A stretch of 64,000 nucleotides of DNA, from the NCBI GenBank assembly GCA_964016885.1, contig OZ024752.1, positions 33,170,001 to 33,234,000 of the forward strand. Direction: 5' to 3'. Shown here in pieces: positions 39,279 to 52,303 of the stretch. The first letter of the stretch is position 1; every line of letters starts with the position of its first letter. The translations under genes were made by a program, and so were the position numbers. Source of the stretch: Eledone cirrhosa (taxonomy: Eukaryota). The notes under the pieces were generated by a model. The model saw only the letters and a program-made list of their open reading frames with translations, was not told where the DNA came from and made no database searches.

Positions 39279-39619
39279 ATATCAGAAACTTCTCTTGTGA
39301 AAAAATACGTATAGCTTTCATTTGGTGGATTGGCAGTATCGGTAGAGGGTCGGCCGCCATGCTTTGCAGCAAAGAGTTACGTCCCTTTATGGTCTGAGTT
39401 CGAATTCCACCGAGGTTAACTTTGCCTTTCATCCTTACGGGGTCGATAAAATAAAGTACCAGTAATACACTGGGATAATTGCTGGCCAAAAGTAGAAACA
39501 ATTATGTAAAAATCTCCCCATTTTGCCTCACTTCTCGTTTTGGGCCACTTTTTTTCATGGTACTCCTCGTTTGGGTTTTTAGAGGTTGTCTGGTCTGATG
39601 TGTGTCTGTCTGTCTGAGT

Positions 39620-39660
<41 letters not shown>

Positions 39661-39927
39661 TGTGTCTGTGTGTCTGTGCGTCTGTGTCTGTGTCTGTATG
39701 TGTGTGTGAGTCTGTGTCTGTGTCTGTGTGTGTCTGAGTCTGTGTGTGTGTGTCTGTGTGTCTGTATGTGTGTGTGTATCTGAGTCTGTGTGTGTCTGTG
39801 TATGTGTGTGTGTGTGTCTGAGTCTATATGTGTGTGTGTGTGTGTCTGAGTCTATATGTGTGTGTGTCTGTGTCTGTGTCTGAGTCTGTGTGTGTCTGTG
39901 TATGTGTCTGTGTCTGAGTCTGAGTCT

Positions 39928-39998
<71 letters not shown>

Positions 39999-40173
39999 TG
40001 TGTGTGTGACAAAGAAAAGGGGTCAGAAAGGGAAGGAGTGCAGAAGAGCTGCTGACTCAATTTTTTTTTGTTTACACCTCAGAAATACTTTTATTATCGT
40101 TTGAACTTTCATATCATTTCAGATTAAAACCCATCACAATTACATATCAATGTTCAATCACTGAGGTATGTGT

Positions 40174-40214
<41 letters not shown>

Positions 40215-40255
40215 TATGTATACGTACATACATATATGTATACAGACGTACAGTA

Positions 40256-40303
<48 letters not shown>

Positions 40304-40441
40304 GCACACATATATACATGTACGTATGGATTCACCGAACATTTATTATAATGCTCGGTGTGTTTGTAAACAAACATCCCGAATTAAGCCGTACAGTGTC
40401 TAGCAACCATCGTTGCTCATTTGTTCAACACTGACAAAGGA

Positions 40442-40484
40442 ACGCTGTACTAGTTTCAAGCTTATTAGCTATCGTCAGCAACGT
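40442..40484 (-). ncRNA. Minimal type I hammerhead ribozyme (family F, copy 1)
   Basis: ACGTTG-CTGACGA-T.AGCT(AATA)AGCT.T-GAA-ACTAGT-A/CAGCGT. Confidence 0.87.
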
Positions 40485-40859
40485 ATACCTTCCTGCTAGA
40501 TTGTTGAACGTATATATTTACCTTATGCATATTAACGGCTGAGAAGCCCAATTTGCATATCGAGTGAGTTAATCGGCCGGGTGCACCGAAAACGATAAAC
40601 GGAAAAAATGAAACGAAATCACATTTCCCACTATTAGTACGGCTGTTACTTAAATATAAGTATGTATACGTACATACATATATGTATACAGACGTACAGT
40701 AGTATGTATATATATATACATGCACACATATATATATGTACGTATGGATTCACCGAACATTTATTATAATGCTCGGTGTGTTTGTAAACAAACATCCCGA
40801 ATTAAGCCGTACAGTGTCTAGCAACCATCGTTGCTCATTTGTTCAACACTGACAAAGGA

Positions 40860-40902
40860 ACGCTGTACTAGTTTCAAGCTTATTAGCTATCGTCAGCAAC
40901 GT
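40860..40902 (-). ncRNA. Minimal type I hammerhead ribozyme (family F, copy 2)
   Basis: Identical to 40442-40484. Confidence 0.87.
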
Positions 40903-41337
40903 ATACATTCCTGCTAGATGATTGAACGTCTGAAAGTATATACTTTCCTTGTGCACATTAACGGCTGAGCAGCCTAATTTGCATATCGAGTGAGTTAATC
41001 GGCCGGGTGCACCGAAAACGATAAACGGAAAAAAATGAAACGAAATCACATTTCCCACTCTTAGTACGGCTGTTACTTAAATATAAGTATGTATACGTAC
41101 ATACATATATGTATACAGACGGACAGTAGTATGTATATATATATATATACATGCACACATATATACATGTACGTATGGATTCACGTATGTGTGCATGTAT
41201 GTATATATATATACATACTACTGTACGTCTGTATACATATATGTATGTACGTGTACATACTTATATTTAAGTAACAGCATACATATATACGCATACATTC
41301 AATTCAAACACACACAGGTATATATATATATATATAA

Positions 41338-41722
41338 TGTAGGAGGTGAGTTTTATTGTAGTACAATAAAGCAATGCAGATATCGGATAAGAAGCACTCT
41401 ACAGTTTGTGGGACTGGAGTATGCATAATATAAGATCAAAAGATGGTTAAAGGAGTTCAATATATTTTATTATGCGCATTTCAAAAACAAACATCATCAA
41501 ACAATAATATTTGTGTTTTCATCAGATAAAACAAACATCATCAAACAATAATATTTGTGTTTTCATCAGATAAAACTGCACTATCAACAAGTGTTTTTTT
41601 AGCCTTCATATCATGTTCTCCTGTTTTATCTGATGAAAACACAAATATTATTGTTTGATGATGTTTGTTTTTGAAATGCGCATAATAAAATATATTGAAC
41701 TCCTTTAACCATCTTTTGATCT

Positions 41723-41730
<8 letters not shown>
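41338..41730. mobile_element. Family G HHR element with inverted arms (HHRs 41464-41532 minus and 41623-41691 plus) between (TA)n tracts
   Basis: GTTTTAT-CTGATGA-long stem II (ACAAATATTATT/GATGATGTTTGT)-GAA-ATGCGCAT-A/ATAAAAT. 44-bp tandem duplication in the left arm. Confidence 0.82.
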
Positions 41731-41769
<39 letters not shown>

Positions 41770-41878
41770 AAAAGGTATGACCCCGACGGCTGAGCTCAAG
41801 CCGTTTCGACGGCTATTTCTGGACACCAGAAATAGCCGTCGAAACGGCTTGAGCTCTGCTGTCGGGGTCATACTTTTT

Positions 41879-41935
<57 letters not shown>

Positions 41936-43974
41936 GTATGTGTTTGAATTGAATGTATGCGTATATATAGAGAGAGAGAGATAGAGATACACACATACGT
42001 ACATATATATGTGTGTGTGTGTGTGTCTTTATATGTATATATACCTCTGACAGCAATTAAATAAAAACAAAACACTAATTATCTACTAAATAGTCAGTCA
42101 GTGCAAACTAATATCTATCCCCTTCTCCCTGCCACATCTCCGCTGCATCTGTCCTCTGCAACCGATGCATGATAAGCCGAACACTTATCTCAATATAAGG
42201 TGAAATTCAAGTGACTTTCTTCAACCACCACACCTCCATCACACGTCAATTGATCTTCCACTGAGGGTGCTCCCACACCCCGACATTTCTTAGCAGGCAG
42301 CATGTAGCCTGACGTTTGCTCTCTTGTCTTATCCCAATCATTGCTTCCTCTCATCAGTCTCCACTCGTCATAGACTCCCTTCATCATTATCTCCTCGCAT
42401 CCTTATTTCCTCTCATCATTATTTCCTCTCATCATTATCTCCTCTCAACCTTATCTCTTTTGGGGCGGTGGATTGGCAGTATCAGTAGAGAGTCGGACGC
42501 CATGCTTTCCAGCATAGTTACGTCCCTTTACGATCTGAGTTCAAATCCCGCCGAGGTTAACTTTGCCTTTCATCCTTACGGGGTCGATAAAATAAAGTAC
42601 CAGTAATGCACTGGGTAATTGCTGGCCTTGTGCCAAAAGTAGAAACAATTATTTCCTCTCATCAGTCTCCTTTCATCGTTATCTCCTCTCGTCATTATCT
42701 CCTCTCGTCATTGTCTCCTCTCGTCATTGTCTCCTTTCGAACTGCCTCTTCTCGTCATTATTTCCTCTCATCAGTCTCTCCTCTCGTCATTGTCTCCTCT
42801 CGTCATTGTCTCCTCTCGTCATTATCTCCTCTCATCAGTCTCTCCTCTCGTCATTGTCTCCTCTCGTCAGTCTCTCCTCTCGTCATTGTCTTCCCAACTG
42901 AGCCAAGAATACAACATACATCCAAATGTCGTAATGGGGTAGTACTGGTGACATGATAAAATACACCCAGTCCACCCTCTTGGGTGGTAATACTGGTGAT
43001 ACAACAAAAAGCAGCACCCAGTCTACCCCGTAAGGTGGTCGTACTGGTGCCATAACAAAACGCTCCTAGTACACACTGACCGATACAGCTTGGCACCAGT
43101 GACCTCGCAACTCATTTCTACAGCTGTGTAAACTGGAGCGACGTGAAATAAAGTGTCTTGCTCAAGGACACAACGCATCACCCGGTCCGAGAATCGAACT
43201 CACAATCTCTCAATTGCAAACCCAATGCTCTAACCATATGATTTAGTCTTAAAAAATAAAAAATTTATGATAAAATAGACATTTTTTATGAGCCCCACGA
43301 GGGCGTGAGGCCCTATGCTATAGTTTATTTAGCTTATAGGCAAACCCAGCACTGTCTAGACTAACCCGTCTGACACATGTCAACATGAATAATAAGGTTA
43401 AACAGTGATGACGAACGTTGTAATCAGATAATTGTCAAAGAGAGAGAGAATCATCTACGTCAGTAGCCCTGAACTGAAGATCATGGACTATTCTGATAAC
43501 GTGACCACTGAACAACAGATAGGCTCTCTGTTATCTTGGTGACACGTTATTTTATTTTTATAGGAGTTAAAGAATTCCTCTCCACTCTCCATTATTCAAC
43601 GAGGTTGACTTTGCCTTTCATCCTTACGGGGTCGATAAAATAAAGTACCAGTAATGAACTGGGTAATTGCTGGTCTTGTGCCTAAAGTAGAAACAATTAT
43701 TCAAATATCTTTTGAAAACAAATTACCTTATTTTTATTTCTATTTTTTTTTTTAAATTAGTGCAACGTTCTATCAAAATCATTAAAGTAGGGCTTGTTTG
43801 TTGAATTATTAAACTATGAAACATGGGAAGATAACTTAAAGATATCAAAAGAACCGACGATGAAACCTGTATGAGGTCATATGGTGTTCGTTTTTTCTTT
43901 GTGTGAAAAAAAAAAAGAATTAACGGTTACCTGGTATTGTTAATTCTTGTTTAGAATTTGGTCAAAAACACAAT

Positions 43975-44930
43975 CAGATCTATCTATGACAACCTTGTCC
44001 TCGTGGGATACATCATGGTGGGTAAGAAATTTGGCCTGAGTGGGACCCTGATCAACTTAAATCAATCGAAAACTTTTGGTAGGGATCAATTATCAATACT
44101 TGACGACTGTCCTTACAGCAACGAGTTTTTGTCCCTTGGGGAGCTGGATTTCTGCAATGTACTATAATATCTGCTCGATACTCAGAACAAATGGTTACAT
44201 ATCGGAACCGTTCAATATCAGTCCGTCCAAATTATCCCCTCCTCATTTCTTCTGCATATACTCACTCTAGAATCACCGCTACAGAAACTAGAGACATTGA
44301 GGGACATCCTGCTCAAACTAGATGATCTGTGTCGGCAGATGCAGACAACGTTAAATAATTTGGATAAGTGTTCGATAATAAACATATCGAGTTGATCAAG
44401 ATTCTTAGGGAGTACGAGGCTGAGTGACAAGAGCGAAAATTCACTAAGAATATCGGTGGGTCTGCAACATAGCACCCAGCGTGGTAAGTCCATGTCGTTC
44501 AACGACTTGGTGGAACGCTGAACGGACGAACCGGCTAATTTTTTTCAGTCTGGCTTGGTTCAGATTTCAAGTTGCTCAAGGACTGGGATGGCGGGGTGGT
44601 GAACAGGGGAGTCAGTCACGTCCAGAAATGGGCCGAGAGGGAGCTAAGCTTTGTCCTAGTTCTGTTGTCTATTTTGACTGGGCGTCTGCTCTTTCGCTTG
44701 TTGTGTAAGGAATGCATTTCGCTTTTCAGACGCTCCAATTGCTGCCAACACCCGGTGTGTGAAGGGCCAGGAATGTGATGGCTGATGATGTTCAGACATG
44801 CGCGGAGGATGTGATATCTTCAGTGATTCCCTGATGGTAAACAGTTGTGATCACAGTTTGTCAGACAATTTTTTTCCAGCTCGTCTCTTTGACACAGAGC
44901 AGTCCTTGGTTAAACGAAAACCGAGACAGA
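43975..44930 (+). pseudogene. Heavily decayed L1/Tx1-like RT fragment
   Basis: LINLNQSKTFGR resembles LINLDQSKAFDR. Many stops and frameshifts. Confidence 0.5.
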
Positions 44931-46096
44931 GCGCTTCACATCTGAAATGTCGTCAAATGTTTACAGTCCTCTACCAGTCAGACAATGTGGTCAGTGGAAG
45001 TTCTGCATTGATATTCCATCGATTAGAAGCGAGCAAAGGCAACGACCCTTTCACACCAATTCTGGCTGAGAATTACGTTACGGGGTATACTGCAAGGAAT
45101 ACTCAAGCACGTACACGTTCATTTACGGAGTATCTTCGCCAGTTGATCAAATAACTGATTGCTCACCGTCGTAACAGACGAAGGAGCTATCATATGATAT
45201 TAAAAAATTGCTGGTCTTGTGCCTAAATCAGAAACTATTATTACGCGAGTCATGTAGGGCGGTGGATTGACACTAGACTCGGTAGAGCGTCGTTCAACAT
45301 GCTTTGTAGTATAGAATTACGCCCATTTACGTTCAGAGTTCAAATCCCGCCGAGGTTTAGCTTTGCCTTTCATCCTTATAGGGTCGATAAAATTAAACAC
45401 CAGTAACGCACTGGGGTCGATTTAATCGACTTGCCCCATGCCCCGAAAATTGTTGGCCTTGTGCTTAAATCAGGTGGCAGTATCGGTAGAGAGTCGGACA
45501 CCACGCTTTGCAGCATAGAGTTACGGCCCTTTATGATCTGAGTTCAAATCCCGCCGAGGTTAACTTTGCCTTTCATCCTTACAGGGTCGATAAAATAAAG
45601 TACCAGTAATACATTGGCATAATTGCTGGCCTTGTGCCAAAAGTAGAAACAATTATTACGTGGTGCCGTTAACCCATCCCCTTCTCCCTCACACCCTCAA
45701 CCACCAAAATACAATAAATTCCTTGTATGTGCGTTTTTTTTAATAGATTTCTAATCAGGGGTTAAGATAAATAAACAAACAAATTATATACATGGAGAGA
45801 GGGGGGGGGCAGAGAGATAGAGGGAGACAGAGAGAGATAAGGAGAGAGGGGGGTGTTTATATTGTAAACAAACCAATACAAAATCGGTATTTTTTATCTC
45901 TAAAACTGATAAAACATATAACTGATATAAAACGTTTTTTATTTTCAGTTTGACATAACCTCCTGGCGTTGAGAGGTGTTAAAGGACGTTTAGTTAGGAG
46001 GAAGGGAACTCAGAAAAATTAATAACTTATTTATTTATACTAAAATAGGTCTAGGGACAAAGATTGTCTTCCTGGTCAACCATTCAAAACACATAA

Positions 46097-46140
<44 letters not shown>

Positions 46141-46481
46141 TAAAGTAGATCTAAGGACAAAGATCGTCTTCCAATCAACCGTTCTAGACTCGTGTTTATA
46201 TATATATAGTAGGCCTTGGGGCACATGAGCGATCGCTAACTCACACACACACAAATCAACATACTTTTATATAATAACAATATAGTTTGAAATTAGCTGT
46301 CGAAACAGCAAAGCTCAGCTGTAGGGCTCCGCTTCTTCCTAATATAGTAATAATAATACATTAATACATAATCAGAAGTGGTTGAAGTGACAATTTTAGT
46401 TGTATTTTTAAAGTATTTTTCTTAACCATTTACCCGGTTGATTTATTTGCAAACATCGCACCAGCCTGACAAGACAGGAAT

Positions 46482-46607
46482 ATGGAGACTTTAGAGTCAC
46501 TTTGGTTCAGTCCAACTGGAAGTAAATTAAGACGTATGTTCTACTTGGTCACTCCTAACGAGACATCTTTTGAACATCTTGAAGACGTCCCGGAATATGT
46601 AGATGAG
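46482..46607 (+). CDS. AGMO: Alkylglycerol monooxygenase exon 1
   Basis: METLESLWFSPTGSKLRRMFYLVTPNETSFEHLEDVPEYVDE versus human FRMLFYTMKPSETSFQTLEEVPDYVKK. Donor GAG|GTAATT. Confidence 0.92.
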
Positions 46608-47456
46608 GTAATTCTCTCTCTCTCTCTCTCTCTCTCTCTTTATCTACCTATCTCTCCTTTCTTCTCTCTCTGTATATATATATCTATATCTCTATCTCTC
46701 CTTCTTTCTTTTCTATCACTCGTTCTTTCTTCTCTTTCTATCTATCCATTTATCTATCTCTGAATTTCCTTCTTTCTTCTCTATCACACGTTCTTTCTTT
46801 TCTCTCTCTCTCTCTCTTTGCATTATATATCAACAATATTAGAGAACGGGAAAAATAGTTTTAGATCTATTTTCATCCCCGCACCCCCTAAAACAACCTG
46901 TCCTGTTCATGGAAACTGAATTAAGGGACAAAAAGTTGTTATGGTGCTACTGGCTTTACACAAGAATTTATTGTTCCCAAACATTTATTTCCAGAAGTTT
47001 GCATAATGAATAACTAAGGAATTTATTAAAAGTGTTATTTTATTTTATTTTATTCTATTTGTCAAAGTTCAAAGGTTGTAAACAATTATAAATATCGTAA
47101 AACAAACTTAGTTATATAAGCACAAATCAAAATTATTTGTTTAAATGTTTTACATTATAAACTTGTAGTGGATAATTGATATTTAACGTTACAAGAATTA
47201 TCATTTTATTACGCTTTACAAATCTACAAATTACAATTATTAAAAAAAAAAAAAAATATTTATAAAAGGGTAATGTTTTGCTCTTGTTTACGTTTGGTGC
47301 TAAAAACTAGGAACAATTTTTTTTTCTACTTTTTTCTTTCATAGAATTCTTGTCTTTCCTTTCTTTTTCCGTTTTCGTAACCACAAAAGACACTTGAATT
47401 TTTTACAATAAAGATATTTCTGCTGTTGATAATTACGTCAAATAAAAAAAGAATAA

Positions 47457-47518
<62 letters not shown>

Positions 47519-47536
47519 TTTACCACAATTCCTTTG

Positions 47537-47576
<40 letters not shown>

Positions 47577-47700
47577 CAAAGGAATTGTGGTAAAGAACCA
47601 GATGGACCATAACGCACCAGAGTACTCAATACTTAGAGTAGTAGAGTGGGAAATAGGAAAAAGTATGACCCCGACGGCAGAGCTCAAGCCGTTTCGACGG

Positions 47701-47758
<58 letters not shown>

Positions 47759-48048
47759 GATAAATCTACCAAGAGTTTACGGTAGTGTCCAATCCGTATG
47801 AAGAACTCAATGTAATCCGGATATCATGGAAAGAAGAGATGCAATGAAAAATCACTTTCGGTGAAAGATAAACGGAATACAGAGTCAAGATAAAATATTA
47901 AAAAAATTAATTTTTATTCATTATTTTTTTATATTTTTTTTATATTTTATATATATATATATATACGATATTAACAAATGGAAACTATATTTATAAAACC
48001 ATATCTATTTTATTATACATATTTCAAGGATACCATGTTAAATTATGG

Positions 48049-48675
48049 GGCATAGGTTAAGAATAACGTCCTCGAAAATGAAAGTGAATTTTCTGACAAG
48101 TGAATGTATTTGTTGTTTTTTTTACAGTGGAATTTACGATACACTCTTTGTTTATTTACAACAGGTCTCTATAGTGATATGGTGTTAATTAGTATTGCGT
48201 GTGTGATTATTTTCTCTTATATATATATGTGTGGGTGTGTATATGTGTGTATATATATGTGTGTCTGTATGTATATATATATGTGTGTTTGTATATATAT
48301 ATGTGTTTGTGTCATCATCATCGTTTAGATGTTTTTACCCAAATCCCTTATCATTCTCTGTCCTTCATATGACCCGGCCTTAATTTGTTTATAGTTGGTG
48401 CCAACTTTGGCAAGATATTACAAAAACATGTAAACGATGATGATGACACAAACACATATATATATACAAACACACATATATATATACATACAGACACACA
48501 CACATATATATATACACACATATACACACCCACACACATATATATAAGAGAAAATAATCACACACGCAATACTAATTAACACCATGTAAATTTCACTGTA
48601 AAAAAAGAAACAAAACACATTCACTTGTCAGAAATTTCACTTTCATTTTCGAGGACGTTATTCTTAACCTATGCC
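48049..48675. mobile_element. Mutator-like MITE with long TIRs and a 9-bp TSD
   Basis: TIR GGCATAGGTTAAGAATAACGTCCTCG... at both ends. TSD AAATTATGG at 48040-48048 and 48676-48684. Confidence 0.85.
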
Positions 48676-48769
48676 AAATTATGGTATGCTTTCAGCAGAC
48701 AAAATACAATATATACCAGTTTTATAAATAAATATTGACAATATTTATTTATAAAACTGGTATATATTG

Positions 48770-48834
48770 TATTTTGTCTGATGAAAGCATACCATAATTT
48801 AACATGGTATCCTTGAAATATGTATAATAAAATA
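48770..48834 (+). ncRNA. Type I hammerhead ribozyme (family B), sense in AGMO intron 1
   Basis: Same fold as 36978, with stem II variant ATACCAT/ATGGTAT. Confidence 0.75.
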
Positions 48835-48961
48835 GATATGGTTTTATAAATATAGTTTCCATTTGTTAATATCGTATATTTACTCCAAATACTTGTCGAG
48901 TGCTTTATATCAGTTATAAAAATATTTGCTTGTTGTATCCCAACAATTTAAATAAAACTTT

Positions 48962-48999
<38 letters not shown>

Positions 49000-49506
49000 A
49001 AAAGGGAGTAAGGTTCTATACAAAACAGAGGTTATAGAGAAAAAGTGGAGTTGGAAACAGCACGGAAAATATATTTAAAGAATTTGTTTTTCCTTTTTTT
49101 CTTTTTTTTTCTTAGATTCGTCGAAGTGACATTATTGAAAAAATGAGAGGAACGATTTTTTTTTTAAGGAGTTTTATAATGTATATAAAATATATAAAAT
49201 ATAACTGGTTTCGATGTATGGAGTAATCCATCTTATAAAATGTTGAATATTACAATTACAAAGAATTAAAAATTTAAAATTAAGTGTTAAAGAAGGTCTG
49301 TTCATCTCTCTTGTTGAGAAGATATATATATATATAACGAAGGAAAAGTGGTAAGGAACCAGGTGGACCATAACGCACCAAAGTACTCAATACTTAGGGT
49401 AGTAGAGTGGGTAATAGGAACCAGTAAGACCCCGACGGCTGAGTTCAAGCCGTTTCGACGGCTAATTCTCGAAACGGCTTGAGCTCAGCCGTCGGGGTCT
49501 TACTGG

Positions 49507-49584
<78 letters not shown>

Positions 49585-49710
49585 AAAGTTTTATTTAAAA
49601 TGTTGGGTTACAACGAGTAAATATTTTATAACTGATATAAAAGTACTCAACAAGTTCTGGAGTATTTTACGATATTAAACAAATGGAAATTACATTTACA
49701 AAACTATATT

Positions 49711-49775
49711 TATTTCATTATATATATTTCAGGGATATCATATTAAAATATGGTATGCCCTCTTCAGATAAAATA
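49711..49775 (-). ncRNA. Diverged family B hammerhead
   Basis: TATTTTAT-CTGAAGA-GGGCATACCA..TGATATCCCT-GAA-ATATATAT-A/ATGAAATA. Confidence 0.65.
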
Positions 49776-50601
49776 CAATATATAGACAGTTTTATGGCTT
49801 TTGGCTGTTATATATTTGTATATTTTTTGTAAAGTATGTGTGCCTGCATGTGAAGAGGGCCTTCTCTTCCTTCTTTCCTTCCTTTCTTTCTTTCTCTATT
49901 CTAAACCAATGTAACACTACAGTGCCTTAAATTGTTAACAGTAAAAAAAAAAAAAAAATAAAAACCTTGGATGAGCCAAGAGTTCTCTCCCTTGCTTGTT
50001 TCTCGTCATCTGAACTATTTTTGAGTCATGAAATTGTGACGGTAGTCGCAAGTGATTGAGGTATTTGGAAACTCTGTATATTATTTGTTCGACTAACAAT
50101 GGTGGATTGGCAGTATCGGTAGAGAGTCGGACGCTATGCTTTCCAGCATAGTTACGTCCCTTTACGGTCTGAGTTCAAATCCCGCCGAGGTTCACTTTGC
50201 CTTTCATCCTTACGGGGTCGATAAAATAAAGTACCAGTAATGCACTGGGTAATTGATGGCCTTGTGCCAAAAGTAGAAACAATTATTTGTTCGACTAACT
50301 TCACTATTGAGGGTAAGTAACCTAGAGAAAACGGTAACAGAAATAATAGTCAAAGAAGTCGGTTACAACGTAGGAAAACCGAGAACGGACAGACAAATAC
50401 TCTCGGGCCCCAAATAATAGAATGGGTTGGACATTTGATTAAATTCTTATAAGACTTCTATGGTGTGTCTTTTTTATATTGTATTTATCTATGTGTGTAT
50501 ATATATATATGTGTGTGTATGTGTGTGTGTGTGTGTGTGTGTTGTTATACTTAAGGGAGGGTCATACTGCCAACCAATAAAGGCAGTATATATATATATA
50601 T

Positions 50602-51186
50602 AAATTAGAATTGGTGCTCTGAAATACCGATATATATATGAATGTATATACAGTGTATTTTGCAATACACTGTATGCTTAATTAAAAGCATTTTGAAGAC
50701 CATACGCTATTGTTTTAAAGTAGTGACAATGTCACTTACTTAAATTTTCAGAAAACAGGGGAGATAAGCTGACACAGCTCTGTTTCGTACTTGTTGGTAC
50801 TTATCAAAGCTCACTACTCTTCCTGTTTGCTGAAAATTATGTGTGTTGGATTCTTATAGAATTCCAGTAATAATCAGGAACTGATTATACAGAGCGGTTG
50901 CCAGTCCAGCAGAAATTGAAAATTAGAATTGGTGCTCTGTATAATCAATTCCTGATTATTACTGGAATTCTATAAGAATCCAACACACATAATTTTCAGC
51001 AAACAGGAAGAGTAGTGAGCTTTGATAAGTACCAACAAGTACGAAACAGAACTCTGTCAGCTTATCTCCCCTGTTTTCTGAAAATTTAAGTAAGTGACAT
51101 TGTCACTACTTTAAAACAATAGCGTATGGTCTTCAAAATGCTTTTAATTAAGCATACAGTGTATTGCAAAATACACTATATATACA

Positions 51187-51190
<4 letters not shown>
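50602..51190. mobile_element. Retrozyme/PLE-like element, family A': 318-nt monomer, greater than unit length, plus an inverted arm, within (TA)n
   Basis: AAATTAGAATTGGTGCTCTG at 50602 and 50920. Flip at about 50935. Shares conserved blocks with 13154-13934. Confidence 0.85.
51015..51065 (+). ncRNA. Type I hammerhead ribozyme, U3-A8 core variant (inverted copy at 50764-50814)
   Basis: GTGAGCT-TTGATAA-GTAC(CAACAA)GTAC-GAA-ACAGA(AC)TCTGT-C/AGCTTAT. Predicted GUC cleavage after 51058. Confidence 0.8.
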
Positions 51191-51225
<35 letters not shown>

Positions 51226-51229
<4 letters not shown>

Positions 51230-51413
51230 GCTTCTACAGGACTAGAACTGTTTCATTCGTGAGAAACCGCCAGGAAGCTCTTCCTGACGATTTCTCACGA
51301 ATGAAACAGTTCTAGTCCTGTAGAAGTTCTTCTATATTAAAACATTTATACTCTGCTATGCATTGAGTACCTTACTTACTGTGGTTACCTCCAATTCAAC
51401 TCGGAATAATTTA
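51226..51413. mobile_element. Family C HHR element with an inverted duplicate of the ribozyme (plus HHR about 51280-51326; minus copy 51226-51282 with a mutated core)
   Basis: CTGACGA..GAAACAG..CTGTA on plus; CTGGCGG on minus. The 3' body is homologous to 37119-37200. Confidence 0.8.
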
Positions 51414-51745
51414 TATATAAATATATATAAATATATCATCATCATCTTTTTACGTCCGCTTTTCCCTGCTTGCAAGGGTGGGACGGGAACTGATTCTGGC
51501 TTGATTTCTACAGCTGGATGCCCTTCCTAACACCAACCTCATTTACAGTGAGGGCTGGGTGGTTTTTTGCAGTGAAATGATAGGGACCCCAGTCCCTATC
51601 ATCTCATTTCTACAGCTGAGTAAACTGGAGCAATGTGAAATAAAGTGTCTTGCTCAAGGAAACAACACATCACCCGGTCTGAGAATTGAACTCACAACCT
51701 TTCGATTGCAAGGCCAATGCTCTAACCACTAAGCCATGTGCCTCC

Positions 51746-51775
51746 ATATATATATAATATATATATATAATATAT

Positions 51776-51820
<45 letters not shown>

Positions 51821-51832
51821 TATATAATATAT

Positions 51833-51864
<32 letters not shown>

Positions 51865-52114
51865 ATATATATATAATATATATATATAATATATATATAA
51901 TATATATATATAATATATATATAATATATATATATAATATATATATAATATATATATATAATATATATATAATATATATATAATATATATATATAATATA
52001 TATATAATATATATATAATATATATATATAATATATATATAATATATATATATATAATATATATATATAATATATATATATAATATATATATATAATATA
52101 TATATATATAATAT

Positions 52115-52189
<75 letters not shown>

Positions 52190-52192
52190 TAT

Positions 52193-52248
<56 letters not shown>
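51746..52248. repeat. Long interrupted (TA)n microsatellite; one of dozens of (TA)n, (CA)n and (TCA)n tracts
   Basis: About 500 bp composed only of A and T. Confidence 0.95.
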
Positions 52249-52250
<2 letters not shown>

Positions 52251-52303
52251 CAAGGCCAATGCTCTAACCACTAAGCCATGTGCCTTCATAAAATTTATAT
52301 ATA

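Larger units (their letters stand above)
40211..41278. mobile_element. Family F retrozyme-like tandem array (about 2.2 units of 420-445 nt) plus a short inverted segment
   Basis: TAAGTATGTATACGTAC recurs at 40211, 40657 and 41084. HHRs at 40442 and 40860 are 418 nt apart. Inversion from about 41185. Confidence 0.85.

Noticed and set aside
51729-52289. Tyr/Ile-rich ORFs here and at many other loci
   Set aside because: Translations of (TA)n and (CA)n tracts.
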